From assembly GCF_963921235.1 (NCBI RefSeq), contig NC_086098.1:236034001-236098000 (forward strand): 64,000 nt of DNA, in the 5' to 3' direction. The stretch is from Mobula hypostoma (taxonomy: Eukaryota). Both the position numbers and the translations under genes were made by a program. The notes below the pieces were generated by a model. The model ran no database searches. It saw only the letters and a program-made list of their open reading frames with translations, and was not told the origin of the DNA. Every line of letters begins with the position of its first letter. Positions within the stretch are counted from its first letter, which is position 1. Positions 34,669-47,397 of the stretch are shown piece after piece.

Positions 34669-36775
34669 CTGTAATACGAGATGGGAACACGTTCAGGGAC
34701 GCAACAAGATATCCGCGAGGGGGACAACCGCTCGGCCCGCCAGGTTATACTAATCCCTTTTCCCAGTCAAAGAACTGCTGTTTAAATGCCATCCCAGCCG
34801 CGGTGTTCGAGAGTCGGCTTCTGAAATGCCCCTTCTGCCGCCTCCGTCCCAACATGTGAATCCTTAGTCCCGATGAAAGGCCTCGGCCCGAAACGTCGTC
34901 TGTTTATTCCCCTCCATGGATGCTGCCTGACTTGCTGAATTCCTCCAGCATTTTGTGTGTTACCCTATATTTCCGGCATCCGCAGAATCTCTCGTATTTA
35001 TGAATCCTTAGTAGCTAACATTTAATACTCCCCTTACCCACGCCACCCCCCCCCCCGGATTAAGTTTCTCGGGACAGTGTTTCCTCATAACCAAACCCCC
35101 GGAGTGACAATCATCTCCTACAGAGCGCCGACAAGAAAAGCAGCATTCAAAACTTCCCAAAGTTATAAACCAATCCGCCACATAGTAACGTGGATCCTGG
35201 GCAGAGTGATACCTGAGAGCAGCTTCCTAGTGGATCCGGACCTCAGTTCTCCCTGCCCGCCAATTTTTGGAGGCGTTCGCTTCTTTGGAACAAGTAACTT
35301 GCTGCCTGAGTTAGGGTTGTGCGGAGGGGAGTTTTGGGGCCAAGCTAAACTTCCAGTATCATAAGCAAGGGGACGGTAGATCGAGCATCCCTCGTGTCCG
35401 TGGATATTCGGTGTCGCTTCGTCCAAAATTCCCTAGTTTTACATCACACCTTACACCGCCGCACAAGCGCTTCTCTGGGACAGAACCTTCAGCCAAACAG
35501 CCCTGAAGGTTGCGTACAGGTAACAGGGTGGCGGAGCGGGCACGCGTACAGACAGGGCACGGGGTATGTGTGCAGGTCAGTGGGACTAGGCAGAAAATGG
35601 TTCGGCACAGCCAAGAAGGGCCAAAAGGCCTGCTTTTGTGCTGTAGTTTTTCTATGGTTTCTATGGTATAAGATTTGGGACGCTATGTTACAGGTAACAG
35701 GGTGGTGGAGAAGGCACGCATACAGACAGGGCACGGGGTACGAGATTCGGGACGTAATGTTATAGCTGCACGAGGCATTGATAATGCCACGCTTGGAGTA
35801 TTGCGTGCGCCCAGCTATAGCGGGAATGTCGTTAAGCTTGGAGATGTGCAGAAAAGATTCACCGGGATGTCGCCGGGATTGGAGGGCTTGAGTTATGGAG
35901 GAAAGATTGGACAGGCCGGGACTGTTTTCCTGGGAGCGAAAGAGGCCGAAGTTCACGAGGGGGCAGAGTTAACGCGGTCACCATATTTTACCTGCGAGGG
36001 GCATCGGGAGAGCTAAAACTAGACGGCACAGGTACAAGATGATAGAGGAAGCGGACCCAAGGGGCAACTTGCTCACCATAAAGAGAAAGGTGGGTATGTG
36101 GAAGATGCTGCCAGAGGAAGTGTTGATGCAGGTACATCAACAACATTTAAAAGACGTGGACCAAAGGCAGGCAGCTGGGACCAATGTAGATGGGACACCG
36201 TTCTCAGTATAGACCAGATGGGCCGAGGGACTGATTTCCGTGCTGAGATCCCAATTTATATTTTTAATTCCCTAGAACAGCTTCTTCTCATTGCTTCACA
36301 CCGGGAGACTGTTATTTGGATGAGGACGGAGGAGATGAGAGAGGTTATTGGATTCTTTAAGACTATTATTCGTAAGTGGGAGGTGGGGAAGAGGGAAAGA
36401 ATTATTCCATGCTGGCAGAGCAAGTCCCACAAACAGTAAAGACAATCGGGCCGCGTGGTCCGGAGACATTAGACAATGGTCAGGTCCAGGGCCCTGCCCC
36501 AGGACGGGTCTCCGCAATGACACGATCGTGGGCACGGCTTATACCAGAAGATCTCTCCCCATCTCTTCACCCGCTATTAAACATCAACACCACCCCGTCT
36601 CTCCTACTCTCGCGGCATAAATACACTGAAAGGAAGAGAGGGCTTAAAGGTATCTGAACAATGGTCAATAGCCGAATACCCCACGGACAACAGACCATTC
36701 TGCCCATCAGGCTGATGACAGAGCGATCATAATCAGTCTCTGGGCCGGGACCATGGACCAGGCCAGAGAGGTTAC

Positions 36776-36863
36776 CTGACTTTCCGACGTGGTCAGCGCC
36801 GATCACCAGGCAGTTTACGTGGGCTTCCCTTTGGCCAGATTCGGGGCGTTCGGACATTCTCAT
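36776..36863 (-). CDS. RASL11/RERG-like small GTPase, exon 1
   Basis: MRMSERPESGQREAHVNCLVIGADHVGKS with P-loop GxxxVGKS. 88 nt, GTAACC donor. The four exons join in frame to give 222 aa. Confidence 0.9.
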
Positions 36864-36949
36864 GTCGAGAGGAGGTAAGTGAGCAGCGGAGGAATACAAA
36901 AAGGTCAGCTCTCTGATTCGGAGCTAGTTCGCCCGGGTCTGCGCTCTCG

Positions 36950-37040
36950 TGACTCTTTTATACGGAGCCCGCTGCCTCTGCGGGAAGAACAGCGGCCAAT
37001 CACCGCTCCACAACTCTCCGGCCCTGCACCAATCGACAGC
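36950..37040 (-). promoter_or_regulatory. TATA/CCAAT promoter of the GTPase gene
   Basis: TATAAAA on the - strand at 36962-36956, about 95 nt upstream of the ATG. CCAATC at ~36996 and ~37029. Confidence 0.7.
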
Positions 37041-37419
37041 CAGTTTTCCGATGGTGGCGATTAACTCTAAACGCGCCGAGGGAGATGAGGGGGCAATTCT
37101 GCTGCGTCTCGCCAGAGCGTCAAAAGTCGAGGGATCTGAGAGAGGAGGTTCCTGGGGATGACTCTCAGCAAGAGCTTACTGGTCCCATCTCACTCAGGCA
37201 CCCAGGATGCAGCTCTCGGGTCGGGGTTGGGGAGGGAAAGGACCCGCTTGTCCCATTGGTCGAGGGTGGGGGGCGAGGGTCGGTGACCCGCCGGCGCTGC
37301 CCATTCCGAATCGGGACGGTCACGCCCTCTACCAGCCGCAGATCCCAAGGATTCAGGCAATTTGAGGGGATCATACCGAAGCTGTCAGAAATTATATGGG
37401 ATGGGACGGGGTGTAAGAA

Positions 37420-37710
37420 CATAAGGGAGATTAGGGCTGGAGGTATTCACAGAGACAGAGACTGAGACTAGTGGCTGGTAGGGGTTTACAGAGACGGAAA
37501 GGGTCACAGAGACAGGGAAAAGTGTAGGAGACGGATGGGCTCACTGAGACAGTGATGGGTGTAGGTGGTGGAGGGGATTACAAAGACGGGGAGGGATGTA
37601 GGGGCAGTAGGGAGTTACAGAGATTGGGAACTGTGTGGAGGCCGGAGGGTATTACTGTGACGTGGCAGGTTGTAGGGGGCAGCGGAGGCTACAGAGGAAG
37701 AGGTGTCTAG
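37420..37710. repeat. Degenerate ~35-bp minisatellite (GGGGCTGGAGGGGTTACAGAGACGGGGAGGGGTGTA-like); related arrays at ~16365-16525, 19630-19830, 25375-25495 and 39805-39905
   Basis: Recurrent TTACAGAGA...GGGTGTAGGG units. Confidence 0.7.
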
Positions 37711-37815
37711 TGGACTAGGTTGTGGTTGTTATGGACACGGTGAATGGTGAATCCTATAAACATTATTAGATTACAATATAACTCTTTGTTCACAAGCGTG
37801 TGAATCATCCATTAT

Positions 37816-38100
37816 CCACCAGGAGGTGCACTGGCTGGTATCACAAACACGAGAAAATCTGCAGATGTTGGAAATCCAAAGCAAAACACACAAAACGCTA
37901 GACGAACTCGGCAGGTCAGACAGCAACTATGGAAAAGAGTAAACAGTCGGCTTTTCCGGACGAGACTGTTCATCAGCACCCTTCTATCCGAAATGTCCAA
38001 TGTTTACGCTTTTCCGTAGATGCTGACTGACCTGGTTAGTCCTCCAGCATTTTTGTGTGGTGCACCGGGTAGAATCCTACCAGACTCCAGCAGGTGGCGC
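37816..38100 (+). promoter_or_regulatory. Pair of co-oriented CTCF-like motifs
   Basis: CCACCAGGAGGTGC at 37816-37829 and a consensus CCAGCAGGTGGCGC at 38087-38100. Confidence 0.6.
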
Positions 38101-38129
38101 TCCCCTCCAACCCCGGCCCCTTAAACCCC

Positions 38130-40863
38130 TCTTTCCCCCTCTCTCTCTCTCTTCCTCTCTACCTCCCTCAGCATCTCTCTCTGTTCCTCTCCCTCTCTTT
38201 TTCTCTGAATTTCTCTGCAACCCCCTCTCTCTATCTCTCTCTCTCTTCCTCTGCCTCTCCCTCTTCCTCGCTACCTCCCTCTGCATCTCTCTGTCCCTCC
38301 CTCTCTCTTTCTCTCTGCCCCCATCTCTCTTGCTCTCTCTATCTCTCTCTTTCAATCCTGTTGTTTGCTGTTATTATAATTCTCTGATTAACGCTCTTGT
38401 TAAAAGCTTTGCAAAAGTTGGGCCAGCGCAAGGCAGTGCAAGGTGGGAGGGAGGGTGATGGGGAGCGTGAGACATCTGTCCCTAAGTGATTTATTCTCCA
38501 GTCCCATCCGTCAGTGGGGAACGTGTTCTGTCTCAGGCCAGCTCTGTTCATCTAATCGGATTGTCAGCGCTGAGCCCCGGGGCCTCGGCCGGCACGTGGC
38601 CCGGCAGAAGCTGCTGCTTCACACCGACACGTGTCTCCCGGACGTCGGCAGCTCACTGCGACTGCCAGCCCTGACATTGTGCTGTGGGAGGGGCGGTACC
38701 GAGGAAGCGCCGCATTCTGGATCAAGGGGAGAAGTGGGTCGGGGTGGGGGTGGGGGTGGTGTCTGAGGCTGTCCGCACTGTTGGAGCGGAAAACTCTGTA
38801 GGTTGTGCCGTGATGAAGGTGTGAGCACCGCGCAGTGGGGTGGGCTGTAAGGAGAGAGCGACGAATTGCGGGGGGGGGGGGCGGGGGCGGGAGTGGCGAT
38901 GCTGGGGTACTGCTGCACTAGTGTTTGTTCATGGGCAATTTGTTTCTGCTGGTTACTAGGCCTGTTTATCGCTTCCATCCTCCTCCTCTACCTACTCTCC
39001 CACCTCCCTTCTCCTCGGCCCTCTCGCCCACTCACCTTTCACCCCGGTTCCACCCTCTCTCTCCACCCCCCAGTCCATTCTCCCCTCGCGCTCTTACACC
39101 CCCTCATCTTCCCTCCTCCTTTCCCGCATCCATTATCTCCCCTCCCCTCCTTCCACGTTCGCTGCTTTCCCCACTCACCTTTTCCCCACCTTCACGCCCC
39201 TCTCTACCTTCGCCTCCCCCTCTACCGCCACTACGTCGTTCCCCACCCTCATTCCTCTCCTCCTTCTCCACGGAGATTATCCATCTGGGAGGGAACAGTG
39301 AGTGGGGTATGTGGTCACTTTGACACCGGCAACTTCTGACAGTGGTCTGCCTCCCGGGTCAGAGCTGGGAACTGGGCTTCCCAGCAGCCTCCCTGACCGA
39401 GCAGATGCAGGGAGATCCCCGCAACTCATGAGCGCCTCCTGTAGGTGGCATCGCGCAGTGGGGCCCAGCGGCGGCCGACCCCCTGCCTAATCCCGTCTGT
39501 ATCCGCAGTTACTCTGCACCTGGCCAGGAGCGCTCTACTACTCCGCGCTGGCCTCTGCAGTTACCCAGTGGGCGCCGGTACCAATGCGCCGAACCTTACA
39601 ACGTCGGCTGATTGCTCACCCAGTGGGTTTGCACGCACTGGACTGCGCCAATGAGGCCAGTGGATATTCATCTATTTGCATTCCAATGGACTCAAGCCTA
39701 GTGGTCACTGGTCCAGTAGTCCATATCCCAGTGCTCGGGGGTCGTTTTACCAAACACGGAGGTTTCGGGTGCGGCAGGTCCGATGGAACGTCCTGCCGAG
39801 TTTCCAGGAGGGAATTACAGAGATGGGGAGCGGGATAGAGGCCGGAGGGTATTATAGAGACGTAGAAGGTTGTAGGGACCAGCGGGGATTACAGAGGAGG
39901 GGGTGTCTTGGGGGTCCAGGTCGTCGTTGTCACAGAGACGGGGAACTGCGAATGCCATAAACATTATTAGCTCGTATAGGGAAGTTCGTAATTGGGAATG
40001 AGCTTGTTTCCGGACCCAGAACCCGCTGGCTGCCATAATCGGAGTCAGCAAGTCTGTAGAACCCGACAGATGAAAACAGCGCTGAATAAGGCCCTTCGGC
40101 CCAACAAGTCCGTTGTGCCTATAAATACAACAATCCTCTCCAACACTCCCCAGATACCACCAGGCACCCCGCGGATTTAACCACTAAGCCGCATGTCGTT
40201 GGGATTTGAGAGGAATCCGGGCGAAACCCATGCAGTTACAAAGAGGAAGCGGGAACTCCACATGGACAGCACAACAGGTGGGCATCGAACTCGTGTCTCT
40301 GGAGCTGGGAGGCGGCAGCTTTGCCTTTGACCGCTACGCCAATGCAATGAATTGTTGTTAAGAAATTCGTACCTTGGACGCTGCAGACGTTGCAAATCTG
40401 TCCCCCCCCCCCCCCACCACCACCACATCCCCCACCCCTCATCGCAACGCTCATTCGGGGAATTGGAAAGGACCATGTGAGGTTATCGTTTCCGATCAGT
40501 AATTGTCCTGGAGCCATTTTAGATTTAAAAAAAACAGGAAAGTTGTGCATATATTCGCCCAACTTTAACTGAAAGTTGACTTTGCCATGGAGTAAACCCG
40601 AGAGAGTAAACCCTTCTTCGTTGCGCTGAATGAGTGACTAAGTGATTGCTGCGGCGTTCTCCGCGTGTGTTTGGGAGCCATTGTTCAGAAGCGTCAATGA
40701 TCCAGCAGTGGGTGCACTGGGTAGAAACGCTGCCTGTAATCTACCAACATACATCAAAGTTGCTGTTAAACGCAGGAGGCCAAGCAGCATCTATAGGAAG
40801 AGGTGCAGTCGACGTTTCAGGCCGAGACCCTTCGTAATCTACCATACACCAGCAGGTGGCGCT
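38130..40863 (+). repeat. Decayed tandem duplicate of the ~29.8-38.1 kb segment, including a pseudo-exon fragment of the perilipin last exon
   Basis: Collinear matches: 38352-38960 to 29867-30420; 39384-39733 to 31035-31422; 39731-39809 to 31928-32019; 39810-39970 to 37612-37770; 40681-40863 to 37786-38101. Confidence 0.85.
40702..40862 (+). promoter_or_regulatory. Duplicated CTCF-like motif pair
   Basis: CCAGCAGTGGGTGC at 40702-40715 (degenerate) and a consensus CCAGCAGGTGGCGC at 40849-40862. Confidence 0.55.
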
Positions 40864-41734
40864 ACGGGTAGAACGGCTGCCGCTCCGCTCCAACGACCTG
40901 GGTTCGACCCCACGATAGGTGGGAGATGGGGGAGAAGTGTAAGCTGTCAGCTGACAGGTGAGACCGGATGATGGGGAAGGAAAACAAGATGAAGTAAAAA
41001 GCTTGGAGGGGAGAGGTGGAAGAAGTAAAAGGTGAAGAGGATTGAATCTGATAGGAGCGGATTGTTGACCATGGAAGAACGGAAAGGAGGTGGGGAACCA
41101 AAGGAAGGTGATGGGCAGGAGAAGAGTGCCTTTCATCTTGTGGTACTTCCCCCTACCGCCACATCCTTATGCTCCTTTCCTTTCCAGTTCTGAAGAAGGG
41201 TCTCAGAGCAAAACGCCGAATTCATTCTTCTCCACAGATGCTGCCTGACCTGCTGAGTTCTTCCAGCATTTCGTGTGTTTTGCTCCAGATTTTCAGCATC
41301 TGCAGAATCTCTTGTGTGTCCGTTCACCAAGTAAAGGGAGTGCCTTGAACAGTTAGAACCACTTGGTAAAGGGCGCGACGCTATTACTGTACAGCTCCGG
41401 GCGACCCGGAGTTCGCAATTCAATTCCGGCGCCGTTCTGTAAGGTGTACGTTCTCCCCTACCGTACGGAATGCATGGGGTTTTCACCAGACACCCCTGAC
41501 TAGGTAGATTAAGTCATTGTAAGTTGTTCCGTGGTTAGGGGTAGTCCGTCGGGTCGGAAGGCCTACTCCGTGCTGTGACGCTATTTAAAATAAAAAAATA
41601 ACAATTGTTGCGTTAAATTGGTTTATTTTTGTCATATGTCGGTGCAGTTAAAGCTTTGCTTTGCCGTCCATGGAGATCATTTCATCACGTCAGTACATAG
41701 ATGTTCAGCAGTGAAAAGCAAAATCAGACCTTAA

Positions 41735-44690
41735 AACCATAAGACGTAGGAGGCCATTCGGCCCATTGAGTCGTTCTGTCATTTCATCATGGCTGATCCA
41801 TAGAAATATAGAAATCCTATAGCACAATACAGGTCCTTCGGCCCACAAAGCTGTGCCGTACATGTCCTTACTATAGAAATTGCTTGGCGTACCCATAGCC
41901 CTCTATTTTTCTAAGCTCCATGTACCTATCCAAAATTCTCTTAAAAGACACTTTCGTACCTGCCTCCACCACCATTGCCGGCAGCCCATTCCACGCACTC
42001 ACCACTCTCTGCGCAAAAAAACTTACTCCTGACATCTCCTCTGTACTTACTTCCAAGCAGCTTAAAACTGTGTCCTATCGTGCTAGCCATTTCAGCCCTG
42101 GGGAAAAGCCTCTGACTATCCACAAGATCAATGCCTCTCATCATCTTGTACATCTCTATCAGGTCACCTGTCATCCTCCATCGCTCCAAGGAGAAAAGGC
42201 CAAGCTCACACAACCTATTCTCCGCAATCCATGCAACATCCTTGTAAATCTCCTCTGCACCCTTTCTATAGCTTCCACATCCTTCCTGTAGTGAGGCGAC
42301 CAGAACTGAGCATAGTACTCCAAGTGGGGTCTGACCAGGGTCCTATATAGCTGCAACATTACCTCTCAGCTCCTAAACTCAGTCCCAAGATTGATGAAGG
42401 CCAATACACCGTATGCCTTCTTAACCACAGAGTCAACCTGCACAACAGCTTTGAGTGTTTTAGTGATCCATTTCCCTCTCAACCCCATTCTCCTGCCTTC
42501 TCCCCATAACCTTTCATACCTTCACTAATCAAGAACCTATCAACCTCTGCCTTAAATGCACCTGATCTCCACAGCCAGTTGTGGGAACGAATACCACATA
42601 TTCACCGCCCTCTTGCTAAAGAAATCCCTCCTCAATGGGTGTCTCTCTATTCTGAGGCTGTGCCTCTGATCGTAGACTCGACCAGTTCATCCTCTCCACA
42701 ACCACTTTATCTAGGCCTTTCAACATTTGATAGGTTTCACTAAGATCCCCCTCATTCTTCTAAGTTACAGAGAATAAAGGCCCGGAGCCGTCAGTCGCTC
42801 ATCAGGTAATAAGCCTTTCGTTCCCGGAATCACTTGCATGAAACTCCTCTTCATCCTCTCCAATGTCAGCACATCCATTTTTAAATAAGGGGCCCAAAAC
42901 TGCCAACAGTACTCCAAGTGAGGCTTAAATATCGTCTTATAACCCTCGGTATTACGTCCTTACTTTTGTATTCTAGTCCTCTCGAAATAAGTGCTAACAT
43001 TGCATTTGCTTCCTCACCTCCGACTCGAACTGCAAATTAGCCTCTAGGGAATCTCACTCAAGGACTCCCGAGTCCCTTTATCATCGGATTTTTGAATTTT
43101 CTTCCCATTTAGAAAACAGTCTCTACTTTGATTCCTTCTACCGAAGTGTATGACCGTAAACTTCCCGTTACTGTATTCCATTTACCACTTCTTTGCCCAT
43201 TCTCCTAATCTGTCCAAGACCTTCTGCAGACTCCCTGCCTCCTCAACACTACCCGCCCACCACCTACCTTCGTTTCCTCCCCAAATGTGGCCATACAGCC
43301 ATCAATTGCAAATCATTCAGATCATTGACATACAATGTAAAAAGAAGCGGCCCCAATTCTAACCCCTGCGGAACACCACTAGTCACCGGCAGACAACCAG
43401 AAAAGGCCCCCTTTATTCCTATTACAGTGTTTGCTTTTTGCCAATCAGCCACTGCTTTATCCATGCTAATATCTTTCCTGTAATACCATGGGCTCTTAAC
43501 TTGTTAAGCAGCCTCGTGTTTGGCACCTTGTCAAAGGCCTTCTGGACATCCAAGTATACAACCTCCACACATTCTCCTTTGTCTAGACCTGCCTGTTACT
43601 TCCTCAAAGAGTTCCAGCAGGTTTGTTAGATTCCTTAAGGAAACAGTACTGGTTTAGCCTACTTTATCATGTGCTTCCAAATACCCCGAAATTATATCCT
43701 TAACAATCGTTTTCAATACTACTTTGCCGATGATATCTCATTGATTGACCTAATCTCAAACAATTACGAGGTGCCCTACAGGGAAGAAGTCATCTCTCTG
43801 ACACAGTGGTGTCAAGAAAACAACCTCTCCCTCAATGTCGCGGAAAAAAGGAGCTGGTTGTGGATTACAGGAGGAATGGAGACAGGCTAACCCCTATTGA
43901 CATCAATAGATCTGGGGTTGAGAGGGTAAACAGCTTTAAGTCCATTGGCATCCACATCACCGAGGACCTCGTGGTCTATACACACCAGATGTGTGGTGAA
44001 AAAGCGCCTCTTTCACCTCAGACAGTTGCAGAAGATTAGTATGGGCCCCCAAATCATAAGAACTTTCTACAGGGGCACAATTGAGAGCATCCTGACTGGC
44101 TGCATCACTGCCTGGTATGGGAACTGTACTTCCCTCAATCGCAGGACTCTGCTGAGAGTGGTGGGATAGCCAGCGCATCTGTAGTTGTGAACTTCCATTA
44201 TTGAGGACATTTACAAAGATAGGTGTGAAAAAAGGGCCTGAAGGGTCATTAAGGACCCGAGTCACCCCAACCACAATCTATTCCAGCTGCTATCATCCGG
44301 GAAACGGTACCACAGCATAAAAGCCAGGACCAACAGACTCCGGGACAGCTTCTTCCAACAGGCCATCAGACTGATTAACTCACGCTGATTTGAGTGTATT
44401 TCTGTGTTACATTGATTGTCCTACTTATTATAAGTTGTTATAAATTACTACGATTGCATATTGCAAATTTAGACGGAGACGTAAAGATTTTTACTCCTCA
44501 TGAATGCGAAGGATGTAAGAAATAAAGTCAATTCAATTCAATTCAGTTCAACATCTTCCCAACCACTGAGGTCGGGCTAACCGGCCTATAGTTTCCTTTC
44601 TTCTGCCTCTTCCTCTTCTTGAAGAGTGCAGTGATATTTGCAGTCTTCGGGTCCTCCAGAACCATTCCAGAATCTAGTGAATTCTGAATG
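41735..44690. mobile_element. Nested LINEs: - strand CR1 fragments interrupted by a + strand Rex/Babar fragment (~43715-44547) with an (AATTC)n tail
   Basis: CR1 motifs YRTLVRPHLEYYAQFWSP and SGVPQGLELGPLLF on -. Rex motifs FADDISLIDLISNN and FYRGTIESILTGCITAWYG on +. The CR1 sequence resumes after the tail. Confidence 0.8.
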
Positions 44691-45028
44691 AAGTGTCACA
44701 GTTACAGAGAGTGCAGGGCAGCTGACAACAAGGCGCAAGGACTACGACAAGGAAGATTGTGAAGTCATGGGTCCACCTTATGCTACCGTTGGAAACTGAA
44801 ACCACCCTTCGGTTCTGTGTCTTCTTCAACCCCCTCATATTTGCATTAATCGGATTTTATTCTCCTCACGATGATTTTGGTTGGCACGGATGAGTAGGGT
44901 CAAAGAGCCTGTAATTCTCTGAAAGTCCCATACCTCTCACGTCACAGACTGAAGAACGCAGTGGGTTAAATTGTTCTCGTGGAGGTGAAGGGACATTCCA
45001 GCCAAGCCTCAATTCAGGCTCGCCTCGT

Positions 45029-45285
45029 GGCCGGCTAGTGGCGCAGTGGCATCAGCGCCGGACTTCGGAGCGAAGGCTCCCGAGTTCGAATCCAAGTCCG
45101 GCCACCCCCGCCCCGGGCACTCTTTCCATCCGTGCCGGGTTGAGCGTCGAGCTAGCCACTCAGCCTCGTAAAAAAAAACAAGGGCCGTGTCAGGAACATA
45201 TCGTGACCCGGTTAATCCGAAAGGAGACCAATCCCTGACACCACGCGCCAGACAAGAATGGCTGACTGTCTGGTGCGACACGGAT
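45029..45285 (+). mobile_element. SINE with a tRNA-Arg(TCG)-like head and an RTE-like body
   Basis: A box TGGCGCAGTGG, anticodon-loop-like GGACTTCGGA, B box GAGTTCGAATCC, RTE-like GGGTTGAGCGTCGAGCTAGC...CTCGTAAAA. Imperfect 12-bp TSD at 45017-45028 and 45286-45297. Confidence 0.7.
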
Positions 45286-46254
45286 GGCTCGTCTTGTATA
45301 ATTTACATATAACTTCCGTGTGTGTTGTCTCTGCTCAGGGACCCGTGATACTGCTTTCCATTGTGCCCATCCCTCAGCAGTTTTTATGTTTCTTTTTAAA
45401 TTGTGTACTGTCGATGCATAATTTGTTTTATCTGATGATCTACGCCGGAGATGCTGCTGCAAGTAAATTTTTCGATGCACATGTGGATGCGTGCATATCT
45501 GCATCTGACACCAAACTGTGCCAGACCCTTTAGGACTGAGCGTAGATGGTCGGGGGTGAGGGGGAGCAGTGAGATGGGTGACCAGTGGAACCAGATAAGG
45601 TGGGAGGTTGGCAGAGGGATCCAAATTTGGGGGGGGGGGTACTGAGGATTGGAAAAGTTCAACAGAGTCCCTGGGTGGTCCACCTAGAGGTGGCAAATGA
45701 CTTGGGGATGTGGAGGAGAGTATCATTGAAAAATTCAATGTTATTCAAAATTAGAGACAAAATGGAGTTTATTGTCACCTGCACACCTGTGCACAGGCGC
45801 AATCTAAAACTTTCTTTCAGCGGCATCACGTCAGATAAACCGTATTCACAAGAAAAAATACAAATTATACACAGCTTTTACAAATAAAATCACGATCAGA
45901 ACAAAAATAAATATATTTTGATGCAAATTGTTCATAGGATCATAAGACAAAGAAGCAGAATTAGGCCATTCAGCCCATCAAGTATGCTCCGGCTCAATTA
46001 TTTTCTCCTCAGCAACCTTCTGCTGCCTTCCCCCTGTAACCTTCCGCGCCCTTACTATCAGGAACCTATCATCCTCCGCCTTAAATACACCCAATGACCT
46101 GGTCTTCACAGCCGCCTGTGGCGGCGAATTCTACAGCTTCAGCACTATCTGGTCACTATCGTGTTACTTTACTGAGGTAGTGATTAAGGTTTTATTTATC
46201 TATTTAGATATACAGTGCGGAACAGGGCTTTCTGGCCCTGTTTAACCCGAGCCT

Positions 46255-46717
46255 TATCACTGGAAGGAACGTACAGAATTGAAGATGTCGGATTATATGG
46301 GAAGAAGTAGGGGAGGAAAGCGGAAGGAGCAAGTAATTATAAGTAGACTGAGAATTGGGCACAGCAACCTTAATGGCACTCTGGCCATCATAAATAAGCA
46401 TCCAAGAGGTTTTTGCGATCTATGGCTGGAGACTGAAACAGTAGAGCATATCCTTATTTCATGCTGGAAATTTGCACAGGAAAGACAACAAATGTTACAA
46501 CAATTACGCAAAATAGGACTGGTAGAGAACAGTGTTAAATGTTTATTGGAATGTGGGGAGAGTGATCAGGGGAGGAAATGGTTGTTTAGTTTTTTAAGGG
46601 CAACGGGACTGGAAAGACGGCTTTAAAGCGAATGGACAATGGGGGACAACAAATCCTGAAGATGGCAGTAATGCAACAGTGTGGATGCCAGCTGCTGTTA
46701 AAATTCAGGGAAGAAGA
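46255..46717 (+). mobile_element. I/Nimb-clade LINE 3' fragment
   Basis: RKEQVIISRLRIGHSNLN...CDLWLETETVEHILISC (degenerate CCHC knuckle) ...LFSFLRATGL, followed by a short GAA tail. Confidence 0.7.
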
Positions 46718-46875
46718 CGTCGGATTTGTACTCCGTGGCTAACCGTACACTACTGTGGCTATGCCGGTTGGTCCAAGAACCGAATGGTTGAAGGGTAGTA
46801 GCTGTTCCTGAACCTGGTGTTGTGGGACTTCAGGCTTCTGTACCTCCTGTCCGACGGCAGCAGCGAGAAGATGGC

Positions 46876-47397
46876 ATTCCTATTCCCACATTCCCACTCG
46901 GATATGTCCATACATGGCCTCCTCTACTGCCATGATGAGGCCAAACTCAGGTTGGAGGAGCAACACCTCATTTACCGTCTGGGTAGTCTCCAGCCCCTTG
47001 GTATGCACATTCAATTCTTCAGTTTCCGGTAATTCCCTCCCCCTCCCTTCCCCCATCCCAGTTTCACTCTGCCCCCTCCCCCAGCTGCCTATCACCTCCC
47101 TCATGGTTCTGCCTCCTTCTACTACCCATTGCGCTTTCCCCTATTCCTTCTTCACCTTTCTTGCCTATTCCCGCCCTTCCCCTCCCCCATCCCTTTATCT
47201 TTCCCCTTACTGGCTTTTCACCTGGTACCTACCAGCCTTCCCACCCTCCCCCTACCTTCCTTATAGGGCCCCTGCCCCCTCCCTCTTCAGTCCTGACGAA
47301 GGGTTCCGGCTCGAAACGTTGACTGTTCTTTTCCACGGATGCTGCCCGACCTGCTGAGTTCCTCCAGCGTGTTGTGCGTGTTGCTTTGACCCCAGCA
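46876..47397 (+). mobile_element. Penelope-like 3' fragment with hammerhead motif (47288-47325)
   Basis: HSHSDMSIHGLLYCHDEAKLRLEEQHLIYRLGSLQP, and cagtc-CTGACGA...GAAACGTT-gactg. Confidence 0.8.

Noticed and set aside
33304-36863. Assigning the symbol RASL11A/B, RASL12, RERG or RERGL
   Set aside because: The family is clear, but the paralog cannot be fixed without a phylogeny.
45029-45100. Possible tRNA-Arg gene
   Set aside because: The anticodon and acceptor stems do not pair properly, and it continues into a retroposon body with a TSD, so it is a SINE head.
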